64,000 bases of DNA from Eledone cirrhosa (lineage: Eukaryota): NCBI GenBank assembly GCA_964016885.1, contig OZ024741.1:397358001-397422000 (forward strand), written 5' to 3'. The position numbers and the translations under genes are program-made. The notes below the pieces were generated by a model. It did no database searches. It was not told the DNA's origin and was given only the letters and a program-made list of their open reading frames with translations. This document shows positions 10,502 to 23,592 of the stretch, one piece after another. How positions within the stretch are numbered: position 1 is the stretch's first letter; each line of letters starts with the position of its first letter.

Positions 10502-13040
10502 CAACCAACCAACCAACCAACCAACCAGCCAACCAACCAACCAGCCAACCAACCAACCAGCCAACCAACAAACCAGCCAACCAACCAACCAATCAGCTAA
10601 CCAACCAACCAGCCAAGCAACCAGCCAACCAACCAACCAGCCAGCCAACCAACCAACCAGCCAACCAACCAACCAACTATCCATCCAGCCAACCAGCCAG
10701 CCAACAAACCAACCAGCCAACCAACCAACCAACCAGCCAGCCAACCAGCCAACCAGCCAGCCAGCCAACCAACCAACCAGCCAACCAAACAACCAGCCAG
10801 CCAGTCAACCAACCAACCAACTAACCAACCAACCAACCAGCCAACCAGCCAACCAGCCAACCATCCAGCCAACCAACCAACCAGCCAACCAGCCAACCAA
10901 ACAACCAACCAGCCAGCCAGCCAACCAGCAAGCCAACCAACCAACCAGCCAACCAGCCAAACAACCAACCAACCTGCCATCTAACCAACCAACCAACCAA
11001 CTAATCAGCCAACCAACCAACCAACCAGCCAACCAGCCAAACAACCAACCAACCAGCTAACCAACAAACCAACCAGCCAGCCAACCAACCAGCCAACCAG
11101 CCAACCAACCAACCATCCAGCCAGCCAACCAACCAACAAACCAGCCAATAACCAACCAACCAGCCAATCAATCAGCCAACCAACCAGCCAACCAATCAGC
11201 CATTTACCAGCCAACCAGCCAACCAACCAGCCAACCAGCCAATCATAAACCAGCCAACCAGCCAACCAACCAACCAGCCAAACAACCAACCAACCAGCCA
11301 ACCAACCAACAAACCAAACAACTAACCAACCAGCCAACCAACCAGCCAACCAGTAAGCCAACCAGTCAGCCAACCAACCAACCAGCCAACCATCCAGCCA
11401 ACCAACCAACCAACCAACCAGCCAACCAACCAACCGGACAACCATCCAGCCAACCAACCAACCAGCCAACCAGCCAACCAAACAACCAGCCAGCCAGCCA
11501 GCCAGCCAACTAACCAACCAGCCAGCCAACCAGCCAACCAACCAGCCAACCAGCAAGCCAACCAACCAACCAGCCAACCAGCCAAACAACCAACCAACCT
11601 GCCAGCTAACCAACCAACCAACTAATCAGCCAACCAACCAACCAGCCAACCAGCCAAACAACCAACCAACCAGTTAACCAACCAACCAACCAGCCAGCCA
11701 ACCAACCATCCAACCAGCCAACAACCAACCATCCAGCCAGCCAAACAACCAACCAACCAGCTAACCAACCAGCCAACCAACCAACAAACCAGCCAATAAC
11801 CAACCAACCAGCCAATCAACCAGCCAACCAACCAACCAATCAGCCAACCACCAGCCAACCAGCCAACCAACCAGCCAACCAGCCAACCAGTAAGCCAACC
11901 AATCATAAACCAGCCAACCAGCCAACCAACCAACCAACCAGCCAACCAATAAGCCAACCAATCAGCCAACCAGCCAACCAGCCAACCAACCAACCAGCCA
12001 ACCTGCCAACTAAACAACCAACCAACTAGCCAGCCAACCAGCGAACCAACCAGCCAACTATCCAACCAGCCAACCAGCCAGCCAACCAGCCAACCAGCCA
12101 ACCAACCAACCAACCAGCCAAACAACCAACCAACCAGCAAACCAACCAACAAACCAAACAACTAACCAACCAGCCAACCAACCAGCCAACCAGTAAGCCA
12201 ACCAGTCAGCCAACCAACCAACCAGCCAACCAGCCAACCAGCCAGCCAGCCAACCAACCAACCAGCCAATCAACCAACCAGCCAACCAACCAACCAGCCA
12301 GCCAATCAACCAACCAGCCAACCAACCAACCAGACAACCAGCCAACCAGCCAACAAGCCAACCGGCCAACCAGTATGCCAACCTGTCAGCCAACCAACCA
12401 ACCAGCCAACCAACCAACCAGGCAACCAGCCAACCAGCCAACCGGCCAACCGGCCAACCAGCCAACCTGTCAGCCAACCAACAAACCAGCCAACCAACCA
12501 ACCACCAACCAGCCAACCAACCTACCAACCAATCAACCAACCAACCAACCAGGTAGCCAACCAACCTACCAACGAGCCAACCAGCCAGCCAGCCAGAAAC
12601 CAACCATCCAACCAGCCAACCAACCAGCCAACCAGCCAACCAGCCAACAACCAGCCAACCAACCAGCCAACCAACAAACCAGCCAACCAACCAAAACCAG
12701 CCAGCCAGAAACCCAACCAGCTAACCAACCAGCCAACCAGCCAACCAACCAACCAGCCAACAACCAGCCAGCCAGAACACCAACCAGCGAACCAACCAGA
12801 ACACCAACCAGCGAACCAACCAGCCAACCAGTCAGCCAACCAACCAGCCAACAACCAGCCAACCAACCAGCTAACCAGCCAACCAACCAACCAGCCAACA
12901 ACCAGCCAGCCAGAACACCACCAACCAACCAATCAACAAGCCAGCCAACCAGTCAGCCAACCAGCCAACCAAACAACCAGCCAACCAGCCAACCAGCCAG
13001 CCAGAAAACCTACCGACAAACCAGCCAATCAACCAACCGA
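10502..13040. repeat. ~2.5-kb compound (CCAA/CCAG)n tetranucleotide satellite
   Basis: Direct reading; strongly strand-asymmetric (C/A rich), recurring variants such as CAGTAAGCCAACCAGTCAG. Confidence 0.97.
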
Positions 13041-13359
13041 TATCCTAAATAATAACTACATACATTCACCTGTACTGGCTTTTGTGTGTGTATCTCTGTC
13101 CCAGATACCAGTCACGTCTTAACAGACCGTGTCGTAGTTAGACACTGACATCTTAAATGTTTCACAAGTTATCCTTCGAATACATAGTTTCCATTCTTTT
13201 TTTAAATGTTAGTTTATTTCTATTACGCTTCAAATACCTCAGAGGAAGTATAAACATTACACACACACAAACTCTCACACACGCACATATATATATAAAA
13301 TATTTACTTGTTGTAACCCAACAATTTTAAATAAAACTTTTGCATATATATATATACAC

Positions 13360-13391
<32 letters not shown>

Positions 13392-13493
13392 TTATATATA
13401 TACACATACACACACATATACACGCACACACACATACACACACACACACATATATATATGTACACACACACACACATATATATATACACTCAT

Positions 13494-13556
<63 letters not shown>

Positions 13557-13688
13557 TACACACACACACACGACCCGCAAATTCGGAGTTATTGTTGAGT
13601 TATTTGGAGACCGAATTCGCGGGTCATATTCGAACCAAATATATTCTCTGTTCTCTGTTTGTGATTCCTTTTATTGATTAACTAATTA

Positions 13689-13770
13689 TGCAATCTGAAC
13701 CTGATGATGTCGTCAGGGTCTTACGTAACCAGGCCCTTGAAATATGTATAGTGTTTTTTGCAACAATAAA
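13689..13770 (+). ncRNA. Minimal type I hammerhead-like motif followed by AATAAA (solo PLE-type terminus)
   Basis: CTGATGA 13701-13707; stem II AGGGTC/GGCCCT; GAAA-TATGTA-TA; stem I AC/GT plus TGCAA/TTGCA. Confidence 0.5.
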
Positions 13771-14197
13771 CTTTATATTGTTTTATATCATTATTACATG
13801 TTATATATTTATTACATGTTTTATATTGTTTTTACATATTTATTACATGTTTTATATTGTTTTTAAGCTGTTTTATATTTTTATTACATATTTTATATTG
13901 TTTTTTATATTATTATTGTTTGTTTTGTTTTCCATTTACCCAGAGTACACCATTAATCATGTTATCGATACCGATCATGTTTTCAATATTGATCTCTCTT
14001 TACTATTGATATTCCACCCACTAAAACAAAGACGCCATTAGATACTTGGCTGTAATAATATATTTTACTACACTAACCTTAACTAGTTAATGTTAACACA
14101 AACCATATATATATATATCAGTCTACTTGGTTGTAATAATATATTTTACTATACAAACCTTAACTAGTTAATGTTAACAGAAACCATATATATGTCA

Positions 14198-14610
14198 GCC
14201 TCTCTCTCCAGACGCTAAACTCCGCCAGTTGCAGAATGCGCATCAACATGAGATATTTTCTCCACAAAGTTCCATCAACAACAGCAGAGTTTAAAGAGCA
14301 CAGTTCAAGTTCAGTCCATAAGTTGACATCAAGCCATCATTTTGGCTGCCAGCCTCTGCTTCTCATACCAGGCAACCTTCCTTCCAGGCATAACCTACTC
14401 ACACCACGAGTTGATTTTTTTATGTGGCCGTATAGTTTGAGTACTCTTGACTTGACAATTGATGTAATTCGTAAGTTTGGTAATGTTGAGCAGCTCACTG
14501 ATACAGATACGGTCGCTGAGCCGCTTGCCAGTCATAAGTCTCATGATGTGGTTCTGGAATGTAGAGAGCTTCTGAAGTGACCTTGTCATCCAATTAACAC
14601 AGTCAAGACC
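14198..14610 (-). mobile_element. 3' fragment of an RTE-type LINE
   Basis: KLSTFQNHIMRLMTGKRLSDRI…ELL then, frameshifted, KLYGHIKKS…LCLEGRLPGMRSRG…W. Confidence 0.7.
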
Positions 14611-15477
14611 AGTCTACTTGGTTGTAATAATATATTTACTACACAAACCTTAAAATATAGCGGGTTGAATACTGAGACGTATGGTTGTGTTATGGTGTTG
14701 TTTCTGTTGTTGTGTGTGTACTCACTTGTGGATTGCTAAGTTGTGTGGTCGCTGTTGTCTGAGTGTAGACAATAGATGCTTGATGTGTCTGATACAGTGT
14801 GACCAGAGATTGCAGGTATTTAAATAGTGAGCAACAGTGTTAATTAAGATGACGATGATATAATGGTTTCTTGATCACCTAAAAAATGGATTATAAAAAC
14901 GACAATAACACAAAGCCGCAATGTTACTAATTTATTAAATATAACTTTCGCCGAAGTTATAAGACAATACACGAAGAACTAATAAGCACAGATGAATTGT
15001 GTGATGTTATGTGTATGGATGTTTGTTTACAGAGGTATTATAAAAAATATATTTACCAAACTTCTGTTGATGTGATGAATTTCACTGGCTTGGCCGAGAT
15101 AGAGAGGAGGGTTAAGAGAGGCCCAGAGGGTCTGAGTAAAGCAGTAGAGTGTTAATTGCTAGATTTAAGCGCTCCAACTGACCTGCTCGTTCTGAGTGCC
15201 CTCAATTTATGAATATCGTTTCCTATGACTCTGAGACTTGAGAAGAAGCAGATGGCCTTCTGATATGTCAAAATCTTAGACCTATTGGCGACTCACAGGG
15301 TGACCTTATCTATGAGGCCACAGGGATCAGCTACTTGGTGGCCAATATAATAGTAAAAGCAACTCCATTGAAAAGAGCATCAAATTACGGATATGTCGTT
15401 GTTTACTTGGTTGTAATAACAATATATTTTACTATACAAACCTTAACTAGTTAATGTTAACATAAACAATATAAATG

Positions 15478-15755
15478 CAGGGTCGGTGGAACTGTGTGTG
15501 TGTTTTGGGGGGGGGGGGGGGGCATTCCCCCCCCCCCCCCCCCCCCCCACTAATAATTATATTTTTCTCCCCAAACTACCAAAAAACAAAAAACACATCC
15601 ATTTGTATAAGCGCTACAATTTATATACATGTTATGTTTATCGCATATCAAAGTTTTTATATCTTGGTTGATATTTGATAATAACAGCTACACTACAACT
15701 AAATTGACCAAATTGTCCCCCACCCCTCAATTCAGAAATACTTCCACCGCCCCTG
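15478..15755. mobile_element. TIR MITE (hAT-like CAGGG termini)
   Basis: 5' CAGGGTCGGTGGAACT vs 3' ACTTCCACCGCCCCTG (14/16 inverted match); internal poly-G/poly-C; TSD unclear. Confidence 0.7.
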
Positions 15756-16093
15756 ATATGTCAATCTACTTACTTGTAATAACAATATATTTTACTACAC
15801 AAACATTAACTAGTTAATGTTAACATAAACAATATATATGCTAGACATAACCGACATTTATGAGTATACCCTAAGGGGCCTCAAAGGTATTTGTATTACT
15901 TATGTATGAAATATATGTTTCAAGCTAGGTGTGGGCGTTAGGGGTGGGAGCGGAGGGTATCGAAACACGTGTATATTTGTGTAATAAAACCATGTAATAC
16001 ACTCTATCACATTAATAATAAATTCTAGTATATATTTACCGAACATGTAGTGCAGTACCCATAACATTTTATTGTTCTTATATTCTGATGTGA

Positions 16094-16312
16094 TGGCGGT
16101 AAATTAGCAGAATCGGTAGAGCGTCGCACAACATGATTAGCGGCATAGAGTTACGTCCCTTTACGTTCTGAGTTCAAATGCCGCCGAGGTTAGCTTTGCC
16201 TTTCATATTTACGGGGTCGATAAAATAAAGTACCAGTAATGCACTGGGGTCAATTTAATCGACTTTCCCCTCCCCCAAAATTGTTGGTCTTGTGCCTAAA
16301 TCAGAAATAATT
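16094..16312 (+). mobile_element. tRNA-derived SINE (family with GCCTTTCATCCTTACGGGGTCGATAAAATAAAGTACC central domain)
   Basis: A-box TAGCAGAATCGG, B-box GAGTTCAAATGCC; homologous copies at ~16330, ~24984, ~31453, ~34783. Confidence 0.85.
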
Positions 16313-16699
16313 ATTATATACTGATGTAGTGATCGGTAGAGCGTCGGACAACATGCTTTGTGACGTAGAGTTACGGCTCTTTGCGTTCTGAGTTGGGGTG
16401 GGGTATGGAGGTATGGGGGTATGGGTTGGGTATAGGGGTGGCATATGGGTAGTGAGGTATGGGGTGAGGTGGAGGATTTAGGGTATTGAATGATGTCCTT
16501 GATATTGTAGTTGTATATTGTCAGTCAAAATATAGTTGTGTCAGAGTAAACACAAACACACATATAATGTATACACATAAACACACATACACACACATAC
16601 ACACATACACACACTTACACACACACAATCAGTGTTCTAGTTGTTCACCCAACAGAACATCCTACCCATGAAATAAGTGTCCGAGCATTCTCTAGGCAT

Positions 16700-16945
16700 A
16701 TCTACCCATGACGTAATTCTCTGTAAGATTCAACGTCACGCAGTATGAAACAAGGTCAGTCCTTTAAATTACAGAGTACAATCCATTTGACGGGCTTCCA
16801 CACAGTTTCTGTCTACACAATTTCACTCATTGGTCGTCACGAATCTATGATAAATGACAATTGTACAAGATGTCACTCAATCGGATTGAACCCGAGACCC
16901 AAGCATTTCAAAACAAACTTCTTAAGCACTCGGCCAGTCTGCGCC
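16700..16945 (-). mobile_element. tRNA-derived SINE, second family (degenerate)
   Basis: Minus strand TGGCCGAGTGCTTAAGAAGTTTG…GGGTTCAATCCG A/B-box head; body TAGACAGAAACTGTGTGGAAGCCCGTC. Confidence 0.6.
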
Positions 16946-16969
16946 AATACACACACACACACACATACC

Positions 16970-17008
<39 letters not shown>

Positions 17009-17013
<5 letters not shown>

Positions 17014-17746
17014 AATTTTGAAGCTTGTTTCTTTCCCCTACGGTTAGCTATACTCTGTGTTGTTCTCCTGTCTCACTCGCTTTACGCGTTTCAATTGTCC
17101 TAATAACTTATTTTGGTTATTATTGCACCGACGTGAGGTATATGATTTTTAATGCAATGAAATATCGATGATCGTCGGCAAATCACTGATGAGGGACTCA
17201 TTTTATTACATGTTATCCATGTGCTACCTGCAGTATTTTTCTCTATATTTTATTACATATATTTACCACTGCGATTCTGTGTTTTTTTCTCTCTCTCTCT
17301 TACTGCTCCCCCAGTCTCTCTGTTTCTCCCCCTCTGTCATGTCAGTTAACTCTTCCTCACACTTTCACTCACTCACTGTTTCTCTTCTCTTCATTTCATC
17401 CTGTACACCACGAAGGCTATTTTTCTCTCTTCTCACATGGCCAGAGTTCGTGTCAGGTCTGTTTTCTAAAAGCTCATATATTCACCTAGCTTATGCTAAA
17501 CAGAATAATTTTGAAGCTTGTTTCTTTCCCTACGGTTAGCTATACTCTGTGTTGTTCTCCTGTCTCACTCGCTTTACGCGTTTCAATTGTCCTAATAACT
17601 TATTTTGGTTATTATTGCACCGACGTGAGGTATATGATTTTTAATGCAATGAAATATCGATGATCGTCGGCAAATCACTGATGAGGGACTCATTTTATTA
17701 CATGTTATCCATGTGCTACCTGCAGTATTTTTCTCTATATTTTATT
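17009..17746. repeat. ~245-bp near-perfect direct repeats (17009-17255, 17502-17746) around a ~245-bp unique spacer, embedded in (TA)n
   Basis: Direct comparison; period 492 bp. Confidence 0.9.
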
Positions 17747-17950
17747 ATATATATATATATATATATACACGCACACACACACAAACAGACACACACATAC
17801 ACACACACATACACACACATACACGCATACACATATATACATATATACACTCACCAAGGAATATACACAAGCACACACAGGCACGACCTGATTTAGACGT
17901 TGGGAGGCCCAGGGCAGTTCAGATTTGTATGGCCCCACATATAACACACC

Positions 17951-18351
<401 letters not shown>

Positions 18352-18530
18352 GATAAGCAGAACAAGCAAAATTTAACCAATTTTTTAAAATAAATTAAAA
18401 AATATAATTTAAATATTTACCTATTCAATATTATAGTTCTGGTATGTCAAAGTAATACCATTGAACAACCCTGAATCATAGACAACCTATATATTTCCAG
18501 GGGTACTTAGTACCCGTGGGCATATTAACT

Positions 18531-18602
<72 letters not shown>

Positions 18603-18662
18603 GTATGTGTTTGTTTGTTTGTGTATACTTATATATATATATGTGTGTGTATGTATATATAC

Positions 18663-18713
<51 letters not shown>

Positions 18714-19350
18714 AACACTCACACACATATATATATATACACACGTAAGTATGGAGGGAGAGGGGAAAGAGAGATAGAAGAAGAAGAAGAAGAAGAAGAA
18801 GAAGAAGAAGAAGAAGAAGAAGAAGAAGAAGAAGAAGAAACATAGTTCACAGACGGGGAAGGATTTTAGTTTGATGAGAGGTCCCCAGAGCATCCGCTCC
18901 TCCCCCGACCCCGATAAATGCGGCCCTGCTCACAGGCGAACATACGTAAACAAACAAGTACAGAGGCAAATATATACACGTGTCAGTTTGAAAGGTCAAA
19001 ATTCCAAATAGTCCATTTGAATATCGACAGACCAAATAAATGGAGTATATTGCGACTGTTTAAATACTGGACCGTCCTTGGCTGTTGCTAGGGGGGGGGG
19101 GGGCTTCAGAGATTGGAGCCAAGGTCCCTTTTTACTTAGTTGAAATTTGAAGAGGATTGAGTAGTAGGCTGAGGCCGGGACATAGAGACAGAGAGAGGGG
19201 AAAGAGAGGGATAGTGTTAGATATAAGGAGGTGGGTGAGGGGAGTGTGTTTGAGAGAGAAAGGAAGGAAGGAAGTTGTAGAGAGACACATGTAGAATGAA
19301 GGGAAAAGATACATATACACACACACACACTCTCTCTCTCTCTGTCTCTT

Positions 19351-19438
<88 letters not shown>

Positions 19439-19442
19439 TATA

Positions 19443-20592
19443 CTAGCAGTGTATCTCGGCGTTGCACGGGTAAGAACATTGGTAATAGCACCTCCAATGA
19501 GAAACGTTTATTTGTGAGTGCCGGTTAAAACTCACGAAAATATACCGACAGAAAACTTGTTTTATTTGGAGAAAATTAAGAAGTTGAAAGTAGAGTTTAG
19601 TTGTCTACGTGCATTGTTCATAGAAATATTGTTGAGCCCCTTCTTTTCAAACTCCTCTGTTTCGGCCTATTGCGATAAATGTGAAAGAGAAAGTCACAAG
19701 TTAAGTTGGCAGAAGGTTCCAGTGTCATAGCAGTAAGGTGTAGGCTACTTACCTTAAAAGTTCATTCGCACTCTTTCCACTAAGTTACTCTTTCTCTCTA
19801 TCCCTCTCGGTGCAGTCCCTTGCGAATTTCTCGCGTAGGCCTGGTGTAGATTTGTACCCGATCCATCTACCCGATGCACATGACCGCTTTGTACGGCTTT
19901 TGGAGGAAGGAGTGACCAGCAGTACGTTGTTCGGTATTATTACGAAAAGGTGTAGCAGATAATCCGGCGTGAACTAACAGCTTGGGGGGAAACTGCTTAC
20001 CTCGAAGATTCATTCGCCATCGTTCTTGTCAACGCTCCGTTTAGTTGGTATTTGTTGGTTAGATGAATGGCGCACAAAGGGTTAATGTTTATTGGCAAGA
20101 AGTGGCAACTGGGCTGGCTTGCCTCGCTTATATTATAAATTAAAATAACAGATTAAAATTTAAGCAAAGAATCTCTGCTTTCACCCTTAACAGGATCTTC
20201 TGAAACTAAAAAAAATCAATCTGTGAACGCAGAAGTAAATACTTCGAAAAACGTTGTAACCGAAGGAAAACAGGAAGACGATACTTTGGTTCGTGAATAC
20301 GTTCCCTGGCAATGAACGGAAAATAGCGAACATAATACGTCATCAATGTTCGTTAGAATGTCGTAATGCAGACAGCCAGGCATACAGACAGATATTATAA
20401 GAGCGCGACGGAGATGGATAACCGGCGCCTAACAGCCCTTTAACAACAGTAAATTGAAAAATAAAAGCTGCAGTTAATATCTTTAGACCGCAAGGAATAT
20501 ATAAATGCAATTTGAAGTCAATCGGAGTAGAAATGTGGATTTGGATAGACTTTGCAAAAGTGAGGACACACACACACGCACAGACAATTACA

Positions 20593-20600
<8 letters not shown>
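19443..20600 (-). mobile_element. Non-autonomous Helitron-like element
   Basis: Minus-strand 3' end CCCGTGCAACGCCGAG hairpin…CTAG|T at 19443; 5' end TATATAAAACTGTAATTGTCTGTGCGTGTGTG merging into (TA)n. Confidence 0.7.
20130..20307 (-). mobile_element. Solo pLTR of the 3532-6175 PLE family nested in the Helitron-like element
   Basis: Diverged reverse complement of ~6008-6175. Confidence 0.88.
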
Positions 20601-20661
<61 letters not shown>

Positions 20662-20909
20662 TAAAAGAGAAAACACAGGTAAGCATTAAGAGAAGGATTT
20701 TATCCAGGTATTTACGACCGTTTCATTGGTAAGTGCAACCTTATATTGCTATACTGCAAATAGCAGCCACTCAATTATAATTGTTGTTCGCAGTCCAAAT
20801 TTTCAAAATTTCAACCGTACGTTGAAACCATCCATGAAACTGGCTTTCTTAACCAAGAATTGGATCACAATAAGCAATTTTTTGCTTCTCTAACTATATA
20901 TATATATAC

Positions 20910-23122
20910 GAAAATGTTCAAGACCCCGACGGCAGAGCTCAAGCCGTTTTGATGGGTGTTTCTGGACTAAATTAGATTTTTAGCGTGGTAGTAAATAGCC
21001 GAACTTTTCAAGGGGTAATTTCTTATATGGGCGTGCGATAATGATGCATTTCTGAAGATTGAACTTGTCAAAAGGATTGGTCAAAATTTCTTGTAAACAC
21101 AATTAAATCTTTCATGGCGGTGGGTGGCTGAACTTAACCGTAAAACAATGAGAGAGTGGGTTAAGACGGTCAAGCGTTGAAAGTGAATTCTATACAACAA
21201 ATTCTAAGGAGTGTGGAGGAATTAGGCTAGCTAGGAAGCAGGCGAAAAAAGAATTCTAGAGGAATCTGAGAGTTGGAAGTTCTAAAATTAAAAAATTAAA
21301 AAGTAAATAAATTAAAATTAAAAAATTAAAAAATAATAAATAAAAAATAATATTAAAAAATTAAATAATAAAAAATAATAAAAACTAGAGTCTTAAACAG
21401 CTGCTATATTTTTAGCTGGTATTGCGTTTTAAGTCAATGCTTTATAGAATTTACTGGGGTGGGGGTACTGAGGCTACAAAAAGCCGATGGGCTGCCTCAG
21501 GGTAAGCGAAAGAGAAAAAAGGAAAAGGAAGAGGAAACGGAATGGAAGGAAGTGAGAAGAAGAGATAAAGGGAAAAAAGAAAATAATTACATCTACCTAT
21601 GTATGCTGGAGTTTCCCCTATCTTGTTCGGCAAGTGGGGGAAAAGAAGGATGTTATAGCCATTGTCTACCCACCCGGGTCATGAGGGGGTTTGAGGGCAA
21701 GGTAAGTCCTACGCAATCGGTGTTTACATGCGGTTACAAGTTCGTATTTTTTGTTTAGGAGTTGTTCCTTCGTAAACAGCATTTGTATTGTTTCCTCCGA
21801 GCATAAGTTACACGGACGGCGTCCTCCCTTGTAGGAGTTAGCCCTGGAAAGTAAGCTCCAAGTAAGATGGTATGTGATGTTATTATCTTGGAGGTCCCAG
21901 ATGTGGCCCGAAAGTGTAGTGACATGTCGCCGGGCCGGGTTTCTGAACGTATGTCGGTGTAGGTAGAGCCGGTCTTATATTCACAAGCGGTTAATCCTAT
22001 ATAGGCTTTGTTGGAGTTGCATTGGTAGATCACGTTACGTTCTCGGCATCTGTTGTTGAGGAGGCACATAGATCTATCAGGGCAGTTACACCTCATGGTC
22101 GGCTCTCCACTAATGTCTAGGTTGTTTCTTCCATAGGAGTTGAGTTTCTTGTTGTTTGAGGAGGCGATGTTTTGTGCGAAGTTGGGTGTGGTGCTGTAGG
22201 AGAGTTTGATAGGGTTTTTGTTATGGTAGCGGTGTTGTGGTGGGAAGTGGTTTTTCGAGGAGTCTCAAGAAGATTTTCCCGATTGGTGTTGCCACCTCGG
22301 CATTGTGGGGAGGGTTGAACCACGTTACGTGGCGTGAGCGGCGGCGTCGCCTGCTGGTTCCGCTAGGAGAGGCTGGGTAAAAGAAGATTTCCTCCCGAAA
22401 GCCGCTTCGCTTGAAGGCCTGGTTGTGATAAGGCGCATGTTCATCGAATATCTGTTCATTAGCGGACAAACGAGGGTAACGTCTAGGAAATTGACTCGGG
22501 TTAGGGACGTCTGTAGGGTGATTTTAAATTCACAGTCCCGGAAGAAGTTGATTATGTGTTTACAGACCCGGTCCATACTACTGTGGTTGTACCTTTTGAG
22601 GGTAAGGAGCCCATCGTCTCGGTACAGTCCACCGCCGAATGCAGGAAACATTTCGGTGAGTTTATGTAGTAGGAATAATCCTATAAGATCGGTCATCTCG
22701 GCTGAGTCGGTCGCGCCCATACTGACGTCGAAGGGGGAGTCGGGTGCTCTCTTTATCCAATTGGAGTTGTCGAAGAGGAGGACTGTGTTCCTGGCTTGGA
22801 AAATGATGTTTCTTTCCTGGGCGGTGATGGGTGTGAGTGTTTTGCCAAAGTCCAAAGTGACCGTAAGGAACGGTAGGGTAATAAAGGCGTAATAGCTCTC
22901 TATGTCTAACTGGATGAATTTATTGTCCCGTTTGTCCTCAATATTCCTGAACCATGAGATGACTTCCTGGGTGCTGACCCAATGGCTAAGTCTCAAGTTT
23001 TGCTTGACTTTTGGTATAACGCGGTCTAGGATCTTTTTACTGATTCTCCCTATGCCCGACTTCGTCGAGTTTATAAGCCTGTTGGATGGCTTGCGGTCGA
23101 AGGTACATGAATCATCAATTCC
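20910..23122 (-). mobile_element. Second, decayed and 5'-truncated Penelope-like element (RT + GIY-YIG remnants, 3' UTR, terminal hammerhead)
   Basis: [77 protein letters not shown]…NVIYQC…AYIGLT; multiple frameshifts/deletions. Confidence 0.88.
20923..21016 (-). ncRNA. Type I hammerhead-like motif with U3-A8 core (UUGAAAA); this copy mutated
   Basis: Stem I ACCCC/GGGGT; stem III ACGGC/GCCGT with GUC triplet; stem II CGGCTATTT pairs with AAATAGCCG preserved in the 18133 and 35709 copies. Confidence 0.65.
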
Positions 23123-23124
23123 TG

Positions 23125-23204
<80 letters not shown>

Positions 23205-23219
23205 ATATATATATATATA

Positions 23220-23553
23220 TCATTATCTATAACAGGCAGATTGTTGTTGTGTGTGTGTGTGTGTGTGTGCATGTTCCATGTTTATACATTTGCACAATTT
23301 CAAACCAATTCGACTCAACGTCTGTAAGAATGTTGTAAATGGTCTAACTTAGGTCAACGACTATTTATTTATTTCAGACTCACCCACAATTACAGAAATA
23401 ATCGATAAAACTAAATACATGACGCTTTACCCCTCTAATACAATCTGATTACCTCTCTCTACTACCCTTCAAATTCGATAAAACTACATACATGCTGCAA
23501 CTTTCTCTTATATACGCTTAAACTTACAAACTTCCTTTAGGAACGCCGAAGAA

Positions 23554-23592
<39 letters not shown>

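Larger units (their letters stand above)
14040..15845 (+). repeat. Short array of a ~75-bp unit (CTACTTGGTTGTAATAATATATTTTACTACACAAACCTTAACTAGTTAATGTTAAC…) broken up by insertions
   Basis: Copies at ~14043, ~14121, ~14611 (partial), ~15403, ~15764. Confidence 0.85.

Noticed and set aside
10484-13052. Long W/L/V/G or Q/P/T/N-rich ORFs
   Set aside because: Translations of a stop-poor tetranucleotide repeat
14655-15400. Possible minus-strand host exons (GTGAGT and GTAAAT donors)
   Set aside because: No convincing reading frame or acceptor; cannot be supported from sequence alone
16094-16190. Functional tRNA genes in SINE heads
   Set aside because: No full cloverleaf; continue into a shared SINE body in multiple diverged copies
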